Source: a virus
Lineage: Duplodnaviria > Caudoviricetes
Direction: 5' to 3' (one strand)
IMG/VR virus record: IMGVR_UViG_3300025870_001068
Location: 1 to 28,473 of that record
DNA: 28,473 nucleotides
The notes below the pieces were generated by a model. The model saw only the letters and a program-made list of their open reading frames with translations, had not been told where the DNA came from and did not search any database. The translations under genes were made by a program, and so were the position numbers. Position 1 is the stretch's first letter, and each line of letters begins with the position of its first letter. Below, piece after piece: positions 7,850 to 14,787 of this stretch.

Positions 7850-9549
7850 GAATTAAGTAACTTCCAGGCAGTACCTGTTTTTAATTCCTGTGGTGTAAAT
7901 TGGCAATAAGATAAGTGTTGTGCATATCTAATTACATCAGCCTTTTCCGGCACCTGTGGCTTAACAACATCACGTAAGTTACTACTACATAGTACTGATG
8001 CAGCGTTAGGTGCTAGTGCTATTGCAGGTATACTGTGTAGTATTGCTTCTGTTGCGGCAATACTATTATATGTTACAAGACATGCAGCTTCGTCTAGTGC
8101 GTCCCATATAGTATCTGTAGTTACACGTATATGTCTGTCTGGTTTCTTCCTAATTTCAATAGGAGCATTAGTTAAACTTTGAATAGTATCAACAGTAGTC
8201 TTTAACCATTGTTCTAAGTTCTCTCCATAAAACTTCATTACTTTTTCGCTTGGTGGACAAATTAAAATTTTCTTATTGCCTTTTCTTGGCTTTCTCCATT
8301 TCCAATTTAGCTTTCCTAACCTGTCAGCATCTCTATCAACAATAGGTCCTAAATTTTGTAATGCATTTTTTGTAACTCTATGATAGTCTTTACGTGTACT
8401 TGGTTGTAAGTATCCTGTATCAATTGCATAGTAATCTACATTATTTTCTATACAATACTTTAATGCTTTTTGGCTGCCTCCGCCAAGACCTCTTATAACT
8501 AAAGTATTTTTAGTGCCTTGTTGTAAATCAAAATTGCTAATCTGACCTCCGCACCCTATAATAAAATCTTGCAAATAAGGATCATATTCTAATCCTTTCT
8601 TGTCAAGGTCAAAGTCGTCTGCGCCGGGTGCAATGGCTGCTACTTTTATTCCCATTCTTTTCTCCGTTATATTTTTAATTGTTTCTTTTGATTTATAAAT
8701 GTCTTCTGTAGGATCTATGAGATGTTGCAAATGAGCTGTTAGTAACGTCTTAGTTTCTTTTGGTAATGTTAAATCCTCTATTTCAAATGTTCTACTTTTT
8801 AAATCACGTACCTCTTGATTAAGTTTATTAACTCTTTCTTCGTACATTTTTGCTTGTGCTTGATACCATTCTTTACTAAATGCACAATTACGATATTGAT
8901 CAAACCAAGGGCCACCTTCGGTATAGTGTATTGCTTTTGGCTGACCATCGCGAACAGGTTTATACCATCCAACTAACCAATTCCATTCATGGCTTATCTT
9001 TCCTATCTTGTCGTCAGTAAGCCAACTAAACCTATGCATGTATTTCCCATCAATAGTTGGATCGTTTACTAATTCTTTGTCAACTACTTTATTATCAGGG
9101 TGTCCACAATTCCATAGTACAGCACTAGACCAATTTTTACGTGGATAGTTAAGTTGTTTTTGTCCGTCCATCTTTTCACCTTCTTTAGGTGTATAATCAT
9201 GATGGACACACATAACAGCATACTGATCATTTACTTGATCAAACAATTCTTTGATATCAGTTAAAAACAAAAAGTCGCTATCAATGAATAGTGCCCAGCC
9301 TCTATGCCCCATTAAATCCGGAACTAAGAATCTAGTAAATGTAAATTCTGTACTAGCAAGCTGATCTTCTTCACGCCAATACATATCGTCTCTTATAAGG
9401 TTATGTCTTTTTAACGGAACAATCTTAACAGGTACAGTTGCATGTTCTAGTATACTTGCTTTACAAACATCAAAGGCAATTGGTTCACGAGAGTCCCATC
9501 CTATGTAAACTTTTAATGGCTTTTGTTTTGTTATTTTATTGTCTTTCAA
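7846..9549 (-). CDS. bifunctional glycosyltransferase: N-terminal GT8/CDI-like GT-A domain plus C-terminal KpsS-like GT-B domain
   Basis: N-terminal: VYIGWDSRE, STEFTFTRFLVP, ALFIDSDFL (DxD), YPRKNWSS, EWNWLVG, IHYTEGGPWF. C-terminal: IEIRKKP, LVTYNSIAATEAILHSIP, LSYCQFTPQEL. Confidence 0.82.
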   Translation of the reverse strand: MKDNKITKQKPLKVYIGWDSREPIAFDVCKASILEHATVPVKIVPLKRHNLIRDDMYWREEDQLASTEFTFTRFLVPDLMGHRGWALFIDSDFLFLTDIKELFDQVNDQYAVMCVHHDYTPKEGEKMDGQKQLNYPRKNWSSAVLWNCGHPDNKVVDKELVNDPTIDGKYMHRFSWLTDDKIGKISHEWNWLVGWYKPVRDGQPKAIHYTEGGPWFDQYRNCAFSKEWYQAQAKMYEERVNKLNQEVRDLKSRTFEIEDLTLPKETKTLLTAHLQHLIDPTEDIYKSKETIKNITEKRMGIKVAAIAPGADDFDLDKKGLEYDPYLQDFIIGCGGQISNFDLQQGTKNTLVIRGLGGGSQKALKYCIENNVDYYAIDTGYLQPSTRKDYHRVTKNALQNLGPIVDRDADRLGKLNWKWRKPRKGNKKILICPPSEKVMKFYGENLEQWLKTTVDTIQSLTNAPIEIRKKPDRHIRVTTDTIWDALDEAACLVTYNSIAATEAILHSIPAIALAPNAASVLCSSNLRDVVKPQVPEKADVIRYAQHLSYCQFTPQELKTGTAWKLLNS

Positions 9550-10312
9550 TATCGTTCTCCACGCAATTTGTTCCGTATTGTATTTCTACTAATTTTAAAT
9601 TTGTGTCATGTTCGTTAGCAAGTTGATGCCAAGTTCCTACAGGTATATGCAACGACTCGTGTTGACCGTATATTCCTAATGTTTCTACGTCAGTACTATT
9701 TTTGTTGATAGTGTATACTGTTGCTGTACCTTCTGCAATAAACCAATGTTCACTACGCTCCTGATGGCGTTGCATTGATAACTTATTGCCCGGAGGCACT
9801 GCTAGTTCTTTTACCTTAGTATGTTTATCGTATTCATGTACCACTCTATAGTACCCCCATGTGCGTTCAGTCTTTGGTGCCTTCCACTCGTCTAGTATCC
9901 AGCTACTTGAATTCTTTTTATCACCCCCACCGATTCCAAACTCGAACTCAACATAACCTAAGTCATTATATGTTTTATATTCGGGAGTTGTAAAGTCTGT
10001 TCTGTCACCGCCGTTAGCGAAAACAACTTTTGTACTACTAGGGTGTGTACTAATTAATTGAAATATTGCATTACATGCCGTGTCATCTTCGTCGTTAAAT
10101 CCAATAACTTGATCAACACATGCAAGTTCTTCAATAATATTACAACGTTCATGAAAGGGCATAAACGGTCTGCCTTTCTTCCTAGTAAGCCACTCGTCAC
10201 TGTTTAGGCCAACAATTAGTTTGTCGCCAAGTTTACGTGCTTCTTTAAAGTAAGCTATATGACCGGAGTGTAGTGGGTCAAATCCACCTGTTACTAATAC
10301 GATACGTTCCAT
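9536..10312 (-). CDS. cytidylyltransferase-like (RfaE/TagD family) nucleotidyltransferase fused to a mannose-6-phosphate isomerase type II cupin
   Basis: GGFDPLHSGH (HxGH), LIVGLNSD, FANGGDR and SSS motifs. The C-terminal part has ERTWG, LSMQRHQERSEHW, HQLAN and VEIQYG...DIER. Confidence 0.88.
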   Translation of the reverse strand: MERIVLVTGGFDPLHSGHIAYFKEARKLGDKLIVGLNSDEWLTRKKGRPFMPFHERCNIIEELACVDQVIGFNDEDDTACNAIFQLISTHPSSTKVVFANGGDRTDFTTPEYKTYNDLGYVEFEFGIGGGDKKNSSSWILDEWKAPKTERTWGYYRVVHEYDKHTKVKELAVPPGNKLSMQRHQERSEHWFIAEGTATVYTINKNSTDVETLGIYGQHESLHIPVGTWHQLANEHDTNLKLVEIQYGTNCVENDIERQ

Positions 10313-10317
10313 GCTAG

Positions 10318-10323
10318 TATTTA
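10318..10323 (-). promoter_or_regulatory. late promoter core TAAATA, 5 nt before the ATG (leaderless type)
   Basis: Minus strand reads cTAAATActagcATG with no SD. Confidence 0.6.
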
Positions 10324-10357
10324 GTGCGTACTTAATGGGTGTAATTATATTATGGTA

Positions 10358-10978
10358 TTACAGCCAACCAAATACATAATCCTTTCTAACATTAGTTAAT
10401 TCAACAGCACCATGATCCTTAAGGAATTTACCTGCACAATATTCTGTATCTGGATGTTGTTCACAAACTATAATTGGCTTGTGTTTTAGTAATGTATCGA
10501 TAGCACCTTTAAGAATTTCAAGTTCATATCTTTCACAGTCAATTTTAATTAGTCCAAACTTTGGCAAATCAAGATCATCTAGCCGGCGAACATTAATGTC
10601 ACCTGCGCCTTCAATAACATGACTTGCACCTGTATTGTGACTATCATATTTCATATTAACTGTTGAGTTTTTACTACCTAATGCAACCTTATGTATTTCT
10701 ACATTTAGACTTTGTACATTACGTTCTAAGCAACTATATACTTGCTCTAGTGGTTCAAATGCAATAACTTTTTTAAATTTTGTTGTTAAAGGTTTTGACC
10801 AAAATCCGATATTCGCACCAACATCTAAACATACATCAAAGTCAGTAACATAGTTATATGCCGCTTCTCTAATGTCGTCTTGATATTCAGCAGGTCCGCC
10901 ATTGCGTACTCGTTTGGCTATTAGCCTTTCAAAATGTTCGTCAGTAGACGGCATCCAATATCCGTAAACTTGTTTCAT
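10358..10978 (-). CDS. FkbM-family methyltransferase
   Basis: LDVGANIG, AFEP, VALG, RLDD and LIKIDCERYELEILKGA motifs. Confidence 0.9.
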   Translation of the reverse strand: MKQVYGYWMPSTDEHFERLIAKRVRNGGPAEYQDDIREAAYNYVTDFDVCLDVGANIGFWSKPLTTKFKKVIAFEPLEQVYSCLERNVQSLNVEIHKVALGSKNSTVNMKYDSHNTGASHVIEGAGDINVRRLDDLDLPKFGLIKIDCERYELEILKGAIDTLLKHKPIIVCEQHPDTEYCAGKFLKDHGAVELTNVRKDYVFGWL

Positions 10979-11529
10979 TTCTTTTCCAGCATCACAATAT
11001 ATTTTACAACATGTAGGGGTGGACCTTTTTTAACTTTAGCATGACGCTCTGTAACTTCTTCATGAATAATTTTCCAATCATCGAGCTGTTCGAGCTTGCG
11101 TTTCCACCAGTCTGGCTTTTCAATAATAAGATGAGCATTCCTACCGTCGCTTAATGCTTTCTTTGCAGGATGGCATGCAATAAGATGATATTGATATCTA
11201 CTAGATCTATTACATAAGTCTTGTATTGTGTCATCAATTAGATGTTCTTCTACATGTTCTAACACATCGCTACTGTATGTAAGTTCTACACTTTCTGGTA
11301 AGGGGTTTGGAAATGTAGCTGGGTCGTATGTATGTAATTCTATATCAGGATAAGTGTGCGTTATGGTTTCACTTGTATAACCTTTACCTGCACCAAAGTC
11401 TAAAAAACTAGTAATATTTTTTTCTTTAATTAACTTATGTACAACTGCTGGTATATTTCTATTTAACCCAAACGTTTTTTTGTCGTGTAACTTTTTAAGT
11501 TCTTCTAAGTATTCTGCTGAATGCGCCAT
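10975..11529 (-). CDS. class I SAM-dependent methyltransferase
   Basis: FLDFGAGKG, YDPA and SSDVLEHVE; SD AAGGAG; paralogous to 1037..1564. Confidence 0.88.
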   Translation of the reverse strand: MAHSAEYLEELKKLHDKKTFGLNRNIPAVVHKLIKEKNITSFLDFGAGKGYTSETITHTYPDIELHTYDPATFPNPLPESVELTYSSDVLEHVEEHLIDDTIQDLCNRSSRYQYHLIACHPAKKALSDGRNAHLIIEKPDWWKRKLEQLDDWKIIHEEVTERHAKVKKGPPLHVVKYIVMLEKK

Positions 11530-11550
11530 TCTTACTCCTTACATTTAGTA

Positions 11551-11556
11551 TATTTA
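11551..11556 (-). promoter_or_regulatory. late promoter core TAAATA at the head of the glycan operon
   Basis: Minus strand reads gTAAATAtactaaatgtAAGGAGtaagaATG. Confidence 0.6.
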
Positions 11557-11591
11557 CCAGGTCTTCTTATAGTAAGATGCTAGTAACGGCT

Positions 11592-11753
11592 TTAGTGGTG
11601 GTCTACATGAACACCAAAAAGGTACCCTAGTAAGAAAAATAATGGACCTATAATAAATAGATCCATTATAAAGTGTAAAGCAAAAGAAAGAGCAAATATT
11701 TCCTTCCAATGAGCTTTACATATGTCTAGCCAAGTTGCTACTTTCTTTAGCAT
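11592..11753 (-). CDS. small predicted membrane protein (53 aa), absent from the ORF track
   Basis: Manual translation: MLKKVATWLDICKAHWKEIFALSFALHFIMDLFIIGPLFFLLGYLFGVHVDHH*. The ATG directly follows the uvsY stop and the ORF fills an otherwise empty gap. Confidence 0.7.
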   Translation of the reverse strand: MLKKVATWLDICKAHWKEIFALSFALHFIMDLFIIGPLFFLLGYLFGVHVDHH

Positions 11754-12209
11754 TTAAAGACTTGCATCTTCCATTCCTGCTACTCGTAGTTTAACAACAT
11801 TAGTAATTTGCCATTGTTTTTGATCAAGACCTTTAAGTAATCCTAACCACTTATTACGCATAAGGGCGAATTCATTAATAATCTTTTCGTAGTCAACAAC
11901 GTCTGCCTCACCGTCTACGTATTTTTCAACGTCACGGCTTGACAGAGCTCGTTGATAGTTTTCAAGATATTTCTTAAAAAATGAACTACGTAGTCTACGT
12001 AACTCAATATTAAGGTAATGAAGTATGGCTTCAATTTCTTGAAGTTGGTTAAAGCGATGCTCGACAATACCGGGCATTTCTGATGCAGCTTTTTCAACGT
12101 TGCCTTTTAGTTTAACTTCGTTTTTTGCTTCGTTAAGTTCTTGTTCGAAAAACTTAACAGCATCAGGTATCTTATTAATGTCTCTAGATACTTCGCTATA
12201 CCAACCCAT
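11754..12209 (-). CDS. uvsY: UvsY-like recombination mediator
   Basis: Helical 151-aa protein with LSSRDVEKYVDGEAD and KGLDQKQWQITNVVKLRVAG; located downstream of uvsX. Confidence 0.75.
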   Translation of the reverse strand: MGWYSEVSRDINKIPDAVKFFEQELNEAKNEVKLKGNVEKAASEMPGIVEHRFNQLQEIEAILHYLNIELRRLRSSFFKKYLENYQRALSSRDVEKYVDGEADVVDYEKIINEFALMRNKWLGLLKGLDQKQWQITNVVKLRVAGMEDASL

Positions 12210-12212
12210 ACT

Positions 12213-12458
12213 TTAACCCCAATCTTCTTCTTCGTCTAAGACGTCAGACTCGTCCATGTCTAGATAATAATTAATTGCTTTATCTAGTTCAAAGTCTGCA
12301 CCCATTGCTTGTGCCATAGTGTCGTCACCGACACCGTAGTCTGCTAGTAAGTCTACAAATCGTTCAGCAGCTGCTTCGACACTTTTCTTGTCAAGGTATT
12401 CCTTAAACACTGTCCAAACTTCTGCAATTACTGATTCGTCATCAAATCCGTGGCTCAT
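12213..12458 (-). CDS. acidic hypothetical protein (81 aa)
   Basis: Tightly packed between uvsX and uvsY, with an SD upstream. Confidence 0.75.
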   Translation of the reverse strand: MSHGFDDESVIAEVWTVFKEYLDKKSVEAAAERFVDLLADYGVGDDTMAQAMGADFELDKAINYYLDMDESDVLDEEEDWG

Positions 12459-12461
12459 AAA

Positions 12462-13541
12462 TTATTCCTCTATTAGTGCTTCTTCTTGTGATTCAAGATC
12501 TTCTTCAATCGAGGTATTTACCATTGAAGCTTCTTTAGTAGCATAATCAGTCATAACTTTATCTAATAAGTCTCCAGACCAGTTTTTACGATATTCAAGA
12601 ATTTCTTCACCGTCACTAGTAACATACTTTAGTCTATTACCTTGCTTTTCGATAACACCTTTTGCTTCAAAAAGTTCAACGATTCCACTATGTGGATTCA
12701 TTCCTGTTTCGTATGGAATCTTAACTTGCACACCTTCAAACGGTTTTGCGTAACGTGTTTTCATTACCTTACAGCCAGCACGGATACCCATAACTTGACT
12801 GATCTTATTACCGTCTGCATCTTCTTTGAGCTTCATCTTCTTCATTGCTACAACAATACTAGAAGCATATATAAAGCCTTGTCCACCTGATATTTTATCA
12901 TCAGGATCAAACATATCTTGCGATGCATATGTGTGGTTAGTACAAACTAAGCCTACATTATGTGCGCCAATCATGTTAACTGTGTTACGGACTAATGAAG
13001 TTAGTGCTTTAGGCTTACGACCCATATCACCTTTCATGTCACCCTTGTTAAACTGATCAACATCGGTTGGTGTTAATAACATACCCAGTGAGTCAATTAC
13101 AAACATTACTTTAGGACGATCTTCTTCATCCATTGCTTTGTAATCTGTCATAAACGTTGCTATAGTTTTAGCAACATCATCAATCATACTCATGCTTAGT
13201 TTGAGTAGTTTTGATTCATCACAGTCAACACCGAGTGCTTCTAACCATGCTTGATCAAGTGCATTTTCTGAGTCAATTAAAACTACATATATGCCTTGTT
13301 CTTGTGCATGTTTTACAATATTACCTGCTGCAAAGTAACTCTTACCTGCACCAGACTCTCCTGCAAACACTGTTACCTTACCAAGCGGAACACCTTTGTT
13401 AAAGTCTCCACTAATAAGATAGTTTAGTGCATATGAGCCAGTACTTACCCAATCCGTTGGATCGTTAAAGCCACTACTCATGCCTTGAATAGACTTAGTT
13501 AAGTCTTTTCTAAATTTACTTACGTCAAATGATTTAGCCAT
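12462..13541 (-). CDS. uvsX: UvsX / RecA-like recombinase
   Basis: STGSYALN, Walker A GESGAGKS, IDSENA, VIDSLG, TNHTY and SGGQG motifs. Confidence 0.95.
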   Translation of the reverse strand: MAKSFDVSKFRKDLTKSIQGMSSGFNDPTDWVSTGSYALNYLISGDFNKGVPLGKVTVFAGESGAGKSYFAAGNIVKHAQEQGIYVVLIDSENALDQAWLEALGVDCDESKLLKLSMSMIDDVAKTIATFMTDYKAMDEEDRPKVMFVIDSLGMLLTPTDVDQFNKGDMKGDMGRKPKALTSLVRNTVNMIGAHNVGLVCTNHTYASQDMFDPDDKISGGQGFIYASSIVVAMKKMKLKEDADGNKISQVMGIRAGCKVMKTRYAKPFEGVQVKIPYETGMNPHSGIVELFEAKGVIEKQGNRLKYVTSDGEEILEYRKNWSGDLLDKVMTDYATKEASMVNTSIEEDLESQEEALIEE

Positions 13542-13562
13542 TTTCTCTCCTATATTAAAGTT

Positions 13563-13634
13563 TGCTTCTACTAGCGTTTGGAACGTTGACAGGTAAACCG
13601 TGAATCTCTGTTCTCGAGTTTGCTAGTAGAAGCA
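13563..13634. repeat. 13-bp perfect inverted repeat enclosing 46 nt; candidate structured RNA
   Basis: TGCTTCTACTAGC at 13563-13575 and GCTAGTAGAAGCA at 13622-13634, with inner GAAC/GTTC pairing. Confidence 0.8.
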
Positions 13635-13639
13635 TGTTG

Positions 13640-14635
13640 CTAACCGTTGTTTTGTCTGTTACGGATCATTGCAAGTATATCACTTGCGTCACCGCCAGTC
13701 TTAGGTGCTTCAGTTGGTGCTACTTCAGCAGCTGGTGCTGGAGTTGCCTCTGGAGTCGGTGCTGGTGCTGGTGTAGCAGCAGGCGCACTTTGGCTAGTTG
13801 CAGTTGCTTGTGGAGAAGCAGCTTTAGTTGGATCACCTGTACGTGCAGCCATTCCGCTTGGGCGGAAGTAAGTGCTCCAACGTTCTGGATCATATGCTTC
13901 ACCATCTACACTTGCTTCAAACATTTCTTTAATAACCTTAACTGCCACTTCATCTGGCTTTTTAGGAAGGAAGTCTGAAAAGTTAAATAGACCATGTGTA
14001 TTTACAGCATTCATTTGTGTATCGTCTAATGGACGTTCTCTACGTGCCCAATTACTTGTGCTGTAGTCTGCATATCCACCTTTAGATGTTTTGTTAAGAC
14101 GAAAGTCTACACCAGCAGTATAATCTGTTGGTAATTCTTCCATATCTGGATCCATTAGTGCCGCTTTAATAATTTGGAAAATTTGTGGTCCAATAATAAA
14201 ACGTCTAATTGGGTTTTCAGGTGTGTTATCATCTGATAACGGATTGTCTGTTACAAACCCTTGGAATACATACGAACGCTTCTTCCAATACTTACGACCC
14301 ATGTCTTCTAAACTTGCGTCTTTAAACCAAGGACGTACCTCAGTTAGTACTGGACAGCTTTCGCCGTACATTTCCATACATGGTACTTGTACCTGTACTG
14401 GGCGTGAGTCAGTCTCACCTTTAATACCCGCAAATGGAAGTTTGATCATCAAACGTTCTTTCCAAAAGAAAGTGTTTGTATCATCTCCATCAGGAAGGAA
14501 ACGTAGAGTTGCACTCTCGCCTTCTTTGATATTCCAAAATGGGTAAATTGCGTTGTCGCCGCCGCCGCTTTGTGAACCACTTGAACGTGATTCTTGTTCT
14601 TTCAGTTTTGCTCTGATTTCTGCTAGTGATGCCAT
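13640..14635 (-). CDS. T4 gp32-like single-stranded DNA-binding protein
   Basis: ATLRFLP, Cys motif PCMEMYGESCPV, YWKKRSY and GGYADYSTS; Ala/Pro linker; adjacent to uvsX. Confidence 0.9.
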   Translation of the reverse strand: MASLAEIRAKLKEQESRSSGSQSGGGDNAIYPFWNIKEGESATLRFLPDGDDTNTFFWKERLMIKLPFAGIKGETDSRPVQVQVPCMEMYGESCPVLTEVRPWFKDASLEDMGRKYWKKRSYVFQGFVTDNPLSDDNTPENPIRRFIIGPQIFQIIKAALMDPDMEELPTDYTAGVDFRLNKTSKGGYADYSTSNWARRERPLDDTQMNAVNTHGLFNFSDFLPKKPDEVAVKVIKEMFEASVDGEAYDPERWSTYFRPSGMAARTGDPTKAASPQATATSQSAPAATPAPAPTPEATPAPAAEVAPTEAPKTGGDASDILAMIRNRQNNG

Positions 14636-14704
14636 AATTTAATGCCTCCTATATGCCTTATATGGTTTTTTATGTGCCTAGTTAAAGTGTAACACATGTA
14701 GTAC

Positions 14705-14733
14705 ATGTTACACTCTTTTATTTATAAAGTCAA
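14705..14733 (-). promoter_or_regulatory. sigma70-type promoter with a full T4 late promoter nested in its spacer, driving ssb-uvsX-uvsY
   Basis: TTGACT-N17-TAACAT, with TATAAATA at 14719-14726. Confidence 0.75.
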
Positions 14734-14787
14734 GTGTTTTCTTAACTTTATTTTGAATCTTTTACAATTCAAATTCTTTTATGCCTA

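Noticed and set aside
13563-13634. Retron msr/msd or a known ribozyme within the inverted repeat
   Set aside because: There is no reverse transcriptase in the window and no hammerhead or other ribozyme core was recognised; kept only as a generic structured element.
13690-13830. Short GGTGCT-type repeats
   Set aside because: They are explained by the Ala/Pro/Thr linker of the SSB.
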